The notes beneath the pieces were generated by a model. It was given only the letters and a program-made list of their open reading frames with translations. It was not told where the DNA came from and ran no database searches. A stretch of 64,000 nt of DNA from Ostrea edulis (Eukaryota). Shown here piece by piece: positions 51,247-63,264 of this stretch. Location: contig NC_079167.1 of NCBI RefSeq assembly GCF_947568905.1, positions 86,552,001-86,616,000 of the forward strand, written 5' to 3'. The position numbers were made by a program, and so were the translations under genes. The first letter of the stretch is position 1, and every line of letters begins with the position of its first letter.

Positions 51247-52500
51247 AGGATTTATGAGATTGATCACTGATCGATGTTTTCACTTTACCTTTGGCGTGAG
51301 TTTCATACATTGTATGTTCATTCCGGTGCAAGCATAGTGAGGTGACATGGTAAAATTTAATGATTCATTAAAAAAGTCACAAATGGTAGTTTCTTTTTCC
51401 TTCAAATTTTCATTATTCATTATTCCATTATAACCAGTAACGGGATATAGAATAAAAATAAATAAGAATAAGAAAATTTACCAATAAGTTTAATTTTTTT
51501 TAAAATATATGGTTCGATTTTGACCCTCAAAGCTCTTAGCTCTTCATCGAAAATTCGGTTCGGAATATTCAAAACAAAACGAATGTTAAAATAGTAATAC
51601 GTCTACGCCCAATGATTTTTTTGGGGAAAAGAATGTAAAGATAAACAAAATTTACATAGTCTTTGTATGAAACATATACAGGCAAATGACAATCTGGAAC
51701 CTCATTTGAATTTTTAGACATTTGTTTTTCTAATCCTTGGCTTTATTCAAATGACTTCAAAGTTAGAAGTAGGGTTGCAGCATAATTATCTTTTGTAGGA
51801 TTATAGTGTCCAGGATACCGACAAAAGTACATTGAAATGCTGAAAGATTCTGCATTATCATAACACGCAAGTTAAAAATCAATTGGGTTCAAAGTTCACA
51901 CCATAAGGATTTTATACTGTACAGAAAACAAAGGATACAAATAAGACATTTCATTCATAATTCCGGAATGATCGACAGAATCGGCATTCAGTTTGGAATA
52001 ATTTATCAACCAAATCAATGAATTTGCATCTGAATTCTTTCCAAGTCTGTACTATTTGCATCATGTATTACAAAATGAAATATATGTCGCGAGGTATATA
52101 GTTTGACAAGGCATTCAATAAAAATAGAAATGTCAAATTTATGTAGATTTATAGCTTTTTGATAAAAACATTTCGTAAGAAACCGTAGTCCTTTCTATAT
52201 CCGTTGTTAATCTGATTTCAAATGCATAGGCTTAATTAAGTAACAAACATAAAATACATCTGGGACATGCGCAATGAAATAAATATTGAAATATTATATA
52301 CACGGATATTCCAGTATTATCTTGCGCAGTTATGCTCAAATGTTGAGGAGACAATTTTCTTAAACTAAACAATCGAATTAAATATTCAACATTATCAATT
52401 TCCATATTTATATCTCAATATAAGGAAAACAAACTAGTACATAAAAACAAACAAACATACATATAAAGATGCATACAAACTAAAATACATATATCCATAT

Positions 52501-52925
52501 ATTCGATATGCAAGAGCTTGTTCTGGGTATAGTCAGTTTTTAAATCGAGGTAAGCTACTGACAAACAAGTTGATGGTACAGGGATTTAAACAGTCTCGAT
52601 TGAAGTCAGCATTTCGCAAATTATATGGTCGTTATAACGATCTAGTTCGTCAATACAACCTCGCATTGGGTCAAATGCTGTCTGACGTGTTTCATACCGA
52701 TTGTTAAGCCGTTCTTGGCACACTGATTTGACTGCGGATAACTCCGTTTACCTGATCAGGATATGGGGCTCACGGCGGGTGTGACCGGTCAACAGGGGAT
52801 GCTTACTCCTCCTAGGCACCTGATCCCACCTCTGGTGTGTCCAGGGGTCCGTGTTTGCCCAACTATCTATTTGTATTGCTTGTAGGAGTTATGAGATTGA
52901 TCACTGTTCGTTATCTTCACCTTGC
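52501..52925 (+). mobile_element. Naiad-like element: ORF C-terminus plus complete 3' UTR
   Basis: IRYARACSGYSQFLNRGKLLTNKLMVQGFKQSRLKSAFRKLYGRYNDLVRQYNLALGQMLSDVFHTDC* (TAA 52705-52707), then about 215 nt of UTR. Confidence 0.9.
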
Positions 52926-52976
52926 ATACATTAGATGTAGTTCCTCAAACACCATATATTTGACTATATTTAATAG

Positions 52977-53290
52977 CAGGGCCGTAAATTACATGGAGGC
53001 GGAGGAGGCAGCTGCCTCCTCCAACTTTTGAGCCAAAAAAAATTAAAATTTAAAGTTCATTAGAATTTATGTTGTTTCCAATAACTAAGAACATGATACC
53101 TCCCTTAAAAAGCATTCCAAATCTTTCTTTTAGAATGAGTTAGTCAAGTAATATCTTAGAAGGCCCTAGAATCAAGGATTTTGCACGAAACGTGTTCAGT
53201 GTGCACAAAATGTGCTCAGGGCCTGGGCGGCCCCCAGACCCCCGCCTAATTTCCTGCCTCCTCCAAATTGAAGGTTAATTTACGGCCCTG
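52977..53290. mobile_element. MITE with CAGGGCCG termini and 5-bp TSD
   Basis: 15-bp perfect TIR CAGGGCCGTAAATTA. TSD AATAG at 52972-52976 and 53291-53295. Confidence 0.92.
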
Positions 53291-53507
53291 AATAGTAAAT
53301 GACCCTTTGACAGGCTTTGTAGAATACCTACGAATCTTACTGCTGTATTACATTTATGACAGATAACTTTGTATATTTCTATAAAAGCATTGTCAGTTTC
53401 TATCTTTTATACACACTGGTTGAGGTAGCTTAGTCAAAAGGACACTCGTTTCGCATCTACGAGTTTTGGGGTTGGATTCTCGGTCCACATGCTGCGTGAG
53501 ACCAGCG

Positions 53508-54540
53508 CCGGTGTTGTAGAGTGAGACTTCCCCCCGGAAGCCTGGCTTTAGAGTGAGCCTTTCCCCGGAAGCCTGGCTCTAGAGTGAGCCTTCCCCCTGG
53601 GGTAAGGCTCACTCTAGAGCAGGAGAACCCTGGGGAAGTCTCACTCAAGAGCCAGACTTCCCAGTGGGAAGACCTACTCTATCACTAGCTGTAGAGTCAG
53701 ACTTCCCCCACCCCTAGCAGGACTTCCCCCTTCATTTATACCTGGTAAACTACTATCACTTTATGGAGATTGTTAAGATACCAAGACCCTTTTCAGCAGG
53801 GCATTAAACGATTTTGCTTAAGTCGTTCATTAAACTCAAGAGAAGAAAACGGTGAATAAAACACATTGGAATTAATAAGTCATTTTGTTTGACCCATAGA
53901 CCTTGAACTTTGTCCCACACAATACCTATGCCTTGGTTAGTTATAGAAGATTGAAATGAGGAAATTTCGAATTCATGTTTCTTCTCATCTGCTTACAAAT
54001 ATCGGTTATGCTTTTAAACTTGTACAACTTCGGGTAGGTAGGTAGAGAGGTAGATAGGTAGGTAGAGAGGTAGGTAAGTACAGATGTAGGTAGGTATAGG
54101 TAGGTAAGTAGAGAGGTTGGTAGGTAGATAGGTAGGTAGGTATAGGTAGGTAGGTATATATAGGTTGGTAGGTATAGGTAGGTAGGTAGGTAAGTAATTC
54201 CCTGTCTGATAAACTAAAATTTATTTCATAGTTTGCGCAGGAGGGAATGAAAGCGGGGGTATCCCTCTAGAGCGAGACTTCAAGAGGGTTTTATGGCTCT
54301 AGAGTGAGTCTTCCCCTTGGGGGTAAGGTTTATTCTAGAGTAAGTCTGCTGGGGGGAAGGCTCACTCTAGAGCTAGACTTCCGTGGATAAAGGCTCACTC
54401 TAGAGCCAGACTTCCGGGGGAAGGCTGGCTCTAGAACCAGGCTTCCGGGGGGAAGTCTCATTATGGGGGAAGGCTCGCTCTAGAGCCAGACTTCCGGGGA
54501 GAGTCTCACTATAGGGGGAAGTCTGGCTCAATAACACCGG
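53508..54540. mobile_element. Foldback-like element with repetitive inverted arms and a central (TAGG)n tract
   Basis: Ends CCGGTGTTGTAGAGTGAGACTTCCCCC and CCGGTGTTATTGAGCCAGACTTCCCCC (23/27). Arms are built from CTCTAGAG/GACTTCC subrepeats. (TAGG)n at about 54030-54195. Confidence 0.8.
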
Positions 54541-54559
54541 TATTAGAAGTGAAAATCAC

Positions 54560-54740
54560 GAGTCTTCCGTGTATGACGTCATAAACGACGAGCCTGTCTC
54601 ACGTTGGCAAGACAAGAACCTTCACTGCTGTCGTAGGCGCCATGCATAGGTCAAAATTTGTCACAAATTATGACCTGTGCATAACTAATGGCGTCTCTAT
54701 GAGTGGAAAATTATCGAATTTAATTCTAACAAGAAAAGAA
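54560..54740 (+). mobile_element. Degenerate SINE body
   Basis: AAGAACCTTCACTGCTG...CCATGCATAGGTCAAAATTTG...ATGAGTGGAAAATT resembles 40320-40545. Confidence 0.55.
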
Positions 54741-55296
54741 ATCTTTTATACATAAGTGGCGTATATGCATATCTGTAGTACTACAAAATACAAAAACAAC
54801 CTGTAACTCCAGGATAATATGTTATTTTCTAAATTGCAGAGTTCCTGGACTGCTATTTGAATAAATGAAATGAAAATATCCAATTATGTTTACAGCCCCT
54901 ATTGCTTTGTCATTGATGCTGCGTGATCTTCCGGAATGATTTATGTTATTTTCACTAGTTTCTGAATTGATATAAACCTGTAGTTTTTCTGTAGGTATAA
55001 ATCGAAGTTGTTATAGCATGGCAATGAGCGGAAATGACAATCACTTTCACATTTCTTCTATAAGGTGTCCTTTTACTTTGCTACATTACACCTGAAGGTA
55101 TGTGATGATAGTTCGACTATTAATAGATAATGATATCTATCAAATAAAAAAGCATTGAGATTCATAATGGATTTATTTTACACATAAATCATTAGCTATC
55201 AAGGAAAGATAATTATACGTATTTACTCGTAGCAGCGTCTCCATTTCCAGTTCGTTTTATTTCACATAAAATGACCCAATCCATCGTTTACATTTA

Positions 55297-55450
55297 AGGA
55301 ATGACTTTAATTCTGGGACAAGTTATACGAGTATAACCTGGTTTGGGTCATTTTACACTTTATAATCCGCGAAGCAGATTATAAAAAAGCGTAAACTGAC
55401 CCACACCAGGTTATACTCGTATAACTTGCCCCAGAATTAAAGTCATTCCT
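55297..55450. mobile_element. 154-bp near-perfect hairpin MITE
   Basis: Arms of about 55 bp, AGGAATGACTTTAATTCTGGG(A/G)CAAGTTATACGAGTATAACCTGGT(T/G)TGGGTCA, with further pairing inside. Flanked by TA (or TTAA/TTAT). Confidence 0.88.
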
Positions 55451-55487
55451 TATAATTTAATGCAAGAGACAAAGATGCTAACCTTCG

Positions 55488-55998
55488 TTTATCAAAGCTC
55501 CAACATATTCAGAACACTGCCGCTCGTCTCATATCCAGGACCTCTCGTTACAACCATATCACTCCAATACTAAGAGAACTACACTGGTTACCTGTGCAGT
55601 ATAGGACACAATATAAGATACTTACTTATACTTACAAAGCTTTACATGATGAGTGCCCAACTTATATCAAACAATTACTAGAGGTATATAAGCCTACCCG
55701 AAATCTTAGGTCTATAAAACAATTAGTCACTTTAGTTATTCCAAAAAGTCGAACCGTAACATACGGAGATCGGTGTTTCAGAACAATAGCTCCAAAACTG
55801 TGGAATGCCCTTCCAGAACATGTAAGGGACTGTAGAACACTGTGTGCATTCAAGAAGTCACTGAAAACACATTTTTTTCATCAAGTTTTCCAGGACTAGT
55901 TTCTATCATTTCAGTCATTCGTGTAGGTTAGATTCTGTGAAAAACTGTGAAAACTAAAGACTGTGTGTCTTAGCTTTCGAGTACCATTTTGTGATGTT

Positions 55999-56041
<43 letters not shown>

Positions 56042-56355
56042 TATTGTATGTTTTAATGTATTATACCCGAGACATTATATGCTGTGTGTGTGTGTGTGTA
56101 TTTCATTATTATTATTATTTTAATACGCCCTGAAACTGATGTTTATTCTTATCTAGCATATTTATGGTATCTTGTGTTTTCATGTTTTCTATGTACAATG
56201 AGGATAGGTACAGCTTTTAATGTTTTATTTATTTTCTATGTATTATGTGTATAACATTCTCTTGTAAGGTATATATGCATTGTAAAGCACCTTTGAGCGT
56301 ACATAGTGTATGAAAAGGGTGCTATATGAATATGGTATTATTATCATTATTATTA
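55488..56355 (+). mobile_element. L2/CR1-group LINE, 5'-truncated 3' end
   Basis: LSKLQHIQNTAARLISRTSRYNHITPILRELHWLPVQYRTQYKILTYTYKAL...LRS...YGDRCFRTIAPKLWNALP...FKKSLKTHFF* (stop about 55899). Terminal TGTAAAGCACC..GAG...GGTGCTATAT stem-loop and a (TTA)n tail. Confidence 0.93.
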
Positions 56356-56879
56356 AAATGTACATAAACTCGGAAAAATACAAGTCAATAGAGCCGCGCA
56401 ATGATTCACTTAGCAACAACGACACGAAGCGTCTATGTGAGGGTCGCCATCTTTAATCTTAGTTCTACGGAGCCTAGCCATTTATCAAAATATTGTATCG
56501 AAGGTGAAGTTTGTCATGATAGAAAATATGTGTAGACTATGCATGCAATGCGTATTTCGCTGTCCTTTAGAGATAGGCTAGAGATCGACTTTGAAGTCGC
56601 TCATCTCCGACAGATTGAGAAAATACGGGAAATTGCATTGTTTAGGTCTACCCAAAATAAATCTTCATATATCAGAAAATGCAAAATTTACGGCTTTTAA
56701 CTCTGTGAAAACTTCTACTATATGAAAACTTAGCCTTGTATGCAACGTTGTCACTAATACCAAATCCGACACAAGAAAATATGTAAGCAAGTGACAAATA
56801 GCGATCAACATGTCAATGTGTCTGACGTCATGTGATAAAATGTGACGTATGGATTTTTGTTTGCTTTGCTGAAAGACGG

Positions 56880-57069
56880 CAATCGGAACTCCTCGAATGT
56901 CTCGCGCACTCGACATAGATCTCGGATGTAATACGATGGCATCCATGAGCGAATTTGATGCATTATCAATTGTGACGTCACAGCAATGCATCAAATTCGC
57001 TCATGGATGCCATCGTATTACATCCGAGATCTATGTCGAGTGCGCGAGACATTCGAGGAGTTCCGATTG
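56880..57069. mobile_element. Mutator/MULE-like foldback MITE, perfect 85-bp arms, 9-bp TSD
   Basis: 56880-56964 is the exact reverse complement of 56985-57069, with a 20-nt spacer. TSD GAAAGACGG at 56871-56879 and 57070-57078. Confidence 0.93.
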
Positions 57070-57809
57070 GAAAGACGGATCAAGCAATGACCCCCCCCCC
57101 CCCCTTTTCCCCAGTGAGAAATGTATTTCAAAATGAACAGGGTAATGCTTACTTGGCAAATCATTAATTCGAATATAATATCTTTGTTTTAATCTCTTAT
57201 TCGACCATACATACAGAGAACGATGTTTTATAACAGTGATTTGCGTACAAGTAGATGCTAATATTGACAACGAGAAAACAACATGTGTATCAAACCGAAG
57301 TATCTTATTGTACACGTTGACTTTCTATTCCATAGAAGGCTGAAAACAGTGATGCAATGTAAATTTAGAGAGAGAGAAAAAAATAATTTCGGCTTCTGGT
57401 TGTCAAGGGTGTGTGTCCCCATACCAAACCAGGTTATACAAAAATAACTTGCGTTCCTCAATTGGAATTTGACCAATCAGAGACAAGGATACAATAAGAA
57501 TTAAATTATTAAATAATAAGATGAAAATAAAATTGTTTCAGTGCATGTCTTGCTTTTAAGAACGTCGGCCGAATCTGTGAACAAGGTTTAGCTTTCCAAG
57601 ACTGAAGAATTAGACTGGGATGAATGATAGTGGGATGGATGATACAAGGGTGGATGAGACTCGGATAGATGATGGTGACCTCGTCTTGGTGTTATCGCCC
57701 CGGGCCATATTATAGGTGGATACAGGACTTTATATATGATAAAGCTATATCCGTCCATTAAAATCTGCAGTTGTGATTTTGTTTCAGAAGCTGGGAACTT
57801 TTACTTTGC

Positions 57810-59400
57810 CTAGACGCTAAGCAGGTAACCCCCATTCTGGACAAACTCTAACCTAGGGAAATTGATATTGACTCCAACTTTGGCCAGCCACTAAGCTGGC
57901 AACCCAAATTGTGGGTTAAAACCAAGTTGGTAACCCCATCTATGGCCCGACACTGCGTTGAGGTCCCTCAGTTTGTTTTTGACATAACGTCTGATTGCGG
58001 ACGAACACTAAGCTGACAACCCTGACTTTGATCAGACACTAAGCTGACAACCCTGACTTTGTCCAGACTCTAAGCTGACAACCCTGACTTTGGTCAGACT
58101 ATAAGCTGGCAACCCTGACTTTGTCCAGACTCTAAGCTGACAACCCTGACTTTGGCCAGATTCTAAGCTGACAACCCTGACTTTGGTCAGATTCTGAGCT
58201 GACAACCCTGACTTTGGTCAGACACTAAGCTGACAACCCTGACTTTGGTCAGACACTAAGCTGGTAATCCTGACTTTGTCCAGACTCTAAGCTGGCAACC
58301 CTGACTTTGGCTAGACTCTAAGTTGACAACCCTGACTTTGGTATTACTCTAAGCTGGCAACCCTGACTTTGGCCAGATTCTAAGCTGACAACCCTGACTT
58401 TGGTCAGACTCTAAGCTGGCAACCCTGATTTTGGCTAGATTTTAAGCTGGCAACCCTGACTTTGGTCAGATTCTAAGCTGACAACCCTGATTTTTGGCCC
58501 GACACTAAGCTGACAACCCTGACTTTGATCAGACTCTAAGCTGACAACCCTTACCTTGGTCATACTCTAAGCTGGGAACTCTGACTTTGGCCAGATTCTA
58601 AGCTGGCAACCCAGACTCTAAGCTGGTAACCCTGCCTTTGGCCAATTACTAAACTGAGAACCCTGACTTTGGTCAGACACTAAACTGACAACCCTGACCT
58701 TGATCAGACACTAAGCTGGCAATCCTGACCTTGATCAGACACTAAGCTGGCAATCCTGACTTTGGTCATACACTAAGCTGGTAATCCTGACTTTGTCCAG
58801 ACTCTAAGTTGGCAACCCTGACTTTGGCTAGACTCTAAGTTGACAACCCTGACTTTGGTATTACTCTAAGCTGGCAACCCTGATTTTGGCCAGATTCTAA
58901 GCTGACAACCCTGACTTTGGTCAGACTCTAAGCTGGCAACCCTGATTTTGGCTAGATTTTAAGCTGGCAACCCTGACTTTGGTCAGATTCTAAGCTGACA
59001 ACCCTGATTTTTGGCCCGACACTAAGCTGACAACCCTGACTTTGATCAGACTCTAAGCTGACAACCCTTACCTTGGTCATACTCTAAGCTGGGAACTCTG
59101 ACTTTGGCCAGATTCTAAGCTGGCAACCCAGACTCTAAGCTGGTAACCCTGCCTTTGGCCAATTACTAAACTGAGAACCCTGACTTTGGTCAGACACTAA
59201 ACTGACAACCCTGACCTTGATCAGACACTAAGCTGGCAATCCTGACCTTGATCAGACACTAAGCTGGCAATCCTGACTTTGGTCATACACTAAGCTGGTA
59301 ATCCTGACTTTGGTCAGACACTAAGCTGGCAATCCTGACTTTGACCAGACTCTAAGCTGGGGACCCTGATGTTGGACCCACACTAAGCCAGACACCCTGA
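57810..59400. repeat. 31-bp minisatellite (about 45-50 copies) with a 517-bp higher-order duplication
   Basis: Unit CTAAGCTGACAACCCTGACTTTGGTCAGA(C/T)(A/T). Diagnostic variants recur at 58261/58778 and 58551/59068. Confidence 0.97.
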
Positions 59401-61416
59401 CGTTGGTCCGATAGTAAACGAGGGGCTCCAATTTTTGCCAGAATCAAAACTCGGAATATTAGGTTCAGCATTTTACCTTAACAATCATTTTTTTTTTACA
59501 TTTAAAAGTGTAGCCCCCAAATACCTTTTCCTTATGTATCATATTTCGGTGGCAATAATAGATTGAATTTTGTATAACTATAATACAGTCTCAATCAGAT
59601 TCTGAATCAAAAATATGTTCATAATTTCAATACCGCTGCTTTCGAAGATTCAAAAGAAGTTTCAAAGAAACATTACAAGAATTGCTAAGATTCAAAAGAA
59701 GTTTCAAAGAAACATTGCAAAAAATTAAGGAAGGAGAATTTAAAATCAAACAAATGCAAGAAAACTGATAAAGTAATCCATTCAAGAATCGTGCAACAAA
59801 GAAATATTTGATTGACGAGGTAATAGCGTTTTCATTTAAGATAAATTGTTTTCATTTATGATAAATTACATAGAACAAATGAACAAACGTAAAGAACAAT
59901 GATTCAGAGGAAAATATCTTCTCATGATACAGATATATCAGACAGTAATGTAGAAAATGTCTACCGTTCACCTGTGTCATTCAAGCATCTTGAAACAAAA
60001 TACCGAAAATAAAAATATGTGACCTTTACATTAATGTATGCATGTTGTAATGTACAGACTATTGAAAGGACTAGTTCAACGAGTGCCTAATATTATAATA
60101 CCACAACGTTTTCACATAATCCTGAAAAGAAATGAACATTTTTTCTTCTTCTGAAAACTCGCATGTATTAAAAATATCTTCACTTTGAGGTTACACTGAC
60201 TTTGATCCGTGTTAAGTTACCTCGCATTACGCTCAAAGCGAGTTAATTGAACCCACGTTGAAAGTAGGTTAAGTTAACCTAGTTTAAATGCATTGCAAGG
60301 CAAACCCTTTTTATCCAAGTCACCCAGGATTGATCATGCACCAAACCTAAGGTTCATCTAAAAGACCCACGACTTAAATCTCTAATGAACGAACAATCGC
60401 TGCTTTTTCAATGCGGCATGGAGTCAAACTCGAATTTCCTGCACGCTAAGCTAGCGCTCTAGATATCGAAGTAAATCAAGTACTAAAATTGCTAACGTAA
60501 TGATTGTGATATCGACAAATAGGTTTGTGTAAAATTCATGATGATTTCTCCTTGACCGGTCGAGGAATGCAGGACACTAACATCAATGACAAATTTTAGT
60601 GTTGACCTTGTCTATATAGTGCTTAGTATAGTTCCTTATTATAGATCCGATTGTTCTGGTAAATCTACGCTTGACAATGGAGTTCCTTATTATAGATCTG
60701 TTTATTCTGGTAGATCTACGCTTGACAAGGACGTCACCTCATCAAGTGTTTACACTATGAAAAAGCAGAAAATATAAATCAGTACTAAAACTGATTCAGA
60801 GAGCCCGTAACATTCAGAAAATGTCATTTTGTCGTTAAATTTACGTCATACAGTTGTGTATGTAAGGAAATGGGGACATTGCGTACGTCTAAGAAAATTC
60901 TATTTAAACTAATGGAGATATACAGAAATAATACCTAAACTATTGGAAACGTGTAGAAATGAACGCGACATTAATTCCTCTTGTGTTTATTTATCAGTAA
61001 GTTTTCTTGATATTGTCGGCGACATAACCATCTTGTTTAGGGAAAAATAACGATGAAACGGAGAATTGTACAAAATAAGATTCGTTTAACATTTTCTTAA
61101 AAACTAACATAAAAGAGTCAGTAACCTTAGCGACCAGATAAACAACATATTGATTGTGAATTCATTTGTTCTCTTAAATGCTTACAACGTGAGTGATTTT
61201 CCGTGTTTTATTTGTTCCGTGTTTGAAACTAACTCGATCATGTCAAGCATACAACATTTATAAACCGATTTTTATAACCTGGGTGATTATTTTACTGTAA
61301 ATTTAAAAGCATTTGTTTTCTGAAATCAATTGATCGATTGATCACTTATTCTAAGGACTTTGTTCACGGACAAGTACACTGGACATGACGAATGCTCGGG
61401 CGACCACTAACCACAA

Positions 61417-62368
61417 CCCGATACCCCCACACAATGAAACCTGATACCCCCACACAATGAATCCCGATACCCCCACACAATGAAACCCGATACCCCCACA
61501 CAATGAAACCCGATACCCCCACACAATGAAACCCGATACCCCCACACAATGAATCAGCTAGTCTGCAGTTTACGTGTCCGACTTTCTGGGACCTGCCACC
61601 CCACACGATTAGCGGGTCTGCAGTTAATTACATGTCCACCTTTCTGGGACCTGCCACCCCACACGATTAGCGGGTCTGCAGTTAATTACATGTCCACCTT
61701 TCTGGGACCTGCCACCCCACACGATTAGCGGGTCTGCAGTTAATTACATGTCCACCTTTCTGGGACCTGCCACCCCACACGATTAGCGGGTCTGCAGTTA
61801 ATTACATGTCCACCTTCCTGGGACCTGCCACCCCACACGATTAGCGGGTCTGCAGTTAATTACATGTCCACCTTTCTGGGACCTGACACCCCACACGATT
61901 AGCGGGTCTGTAGTTAATTCTGGGACCAGACACCCCACACGATTAGCGGGTCTGTAGTTAATTCTGGGACCTGACACCCCACACGATTAGCGGGTCTGTA
62001 GTTTACGTGTCCGACTTTCTGGGGTCTACAGGATTGATGTAGTTTACATGTCCGACTTCCTGGGGTCTACAGGATTGATGCAGTTTACGTGTCCGACTTT
62101 CTGGGGTCTACAGGATTGATGCAGTTTACATGTCCGACTTTCTGGGGTCTACAGGATTGATGTACTTTACATGTCCGACTTTCTGGGGTCTACAGGATTG
62201 ATGTACTTTACATGTCCGACTTTCTGGGGTCTACAGGATTGATGTAGTTTACGTGTCCGACTTTCTGGGGTCTACAGGATTGATGTAGTTTACATGTCCG
62301 ACTTTCTGGGGTCTACAGGATTGATGTAGTTTATGTGTCCGGCTCTCTGGGGTCTACAGGATTGATGT
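61417..62368. repeat. Composite tandem array: 23-bp x6, 58-bp x5, ~42-bp x2-3, 41-bp x9
   Basis: GATACCCCCACACAATGAAACCC; ATTAGCGGGTCTGCAGTTAATTACATGTCCACCTTTCTGGGACCTGCCACCCCACACG; GTAGTTTACATGTCCGACTTTCTGGGGTCTACAGGATTGAT. Confidence 0.95.
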
Positions 62369-63264
62369 TTCATTCCGTCTGGGGGTTTACATCTTGATCG
62401 GCTAGTGAACTTCCTTTTTATCATTTTTATTTTTGTGGTATGAATGTCGGATCAGAGGACACAAGGATACAACTCCATTGTTCGAAAAATTTAGACTAAA
62501 ATTTATTTCCATATTGGACGTCACTGATCACTACAGAAAACAAACTATTTTATTTTTGTAATATTAAATTTAAATATTTTTTTTCAATATTGGACACCAC
62601 AGATCACCACACAAAAAGCACTATTGTATTTTCATAATATGAAATTTAATTCATATCAGAAGACAGAATCGTTGATTTGAATAGATTAGGTGACGTTGAT
62701 TTCATTTTTCATTGACATATTTCGTAGCTATGTGTTTGCTTAGTTTAAAGTTCACATTCCGCGCGATCTATTTCTGTGTATAGATCATTCTGTGCGCAAA
62801 AAGAAAAAAACAACACACCTTCCAACTCAAAACCACTAGTTCCTTCTGCATCTGTACATTACACACAGAGAGAGTAATGAATATTCATAAAGATTGGATA
62901 TTTTTATAACAGACCTTATTGATAAATTGTTACATAATTTATAAGAAAAACGCTCTAATTTTCCAAAATACAATGACAGATTTCGTCTTCAGGCGAGGCG
63001 GATGATCCACCAAATTTGACAACCGGTAGCCCTAGAGGTCACCCCAAGGAAATAATTGGAATAAATATAATTTTTCATTTTTCTTGATTTACACTAGTTC
63101 TTAACTTTTTGCTATTCAGGGTTTTATACACGCTTGTAAATATTTCATACAAAGTACCTCGTCACACCAAGTACGAAAATGTACACGTGTATACACGCTG
63201 AATACAAATGACTTTAAATATAATTATTTTTTCTAGAAACCATCTATACTTTAATCCGCGTGAT

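Noticed and set aside
52707-52925. SECIS or hammerhead in the Naiad-like 3' UTR (some Naiads encode selenoproteins)
   Set aside because: I found no AUGA-stem-AA-stem-GA arrangement and no CUGANGA/GAAA pair by eye. SECISearch3 or Infernal would be decisive.
56665-57136. 109-aa and 79-aa ORFs on opposite strands
   Set aside because: They are by-products of the palindromic MITE and have no coding signature.
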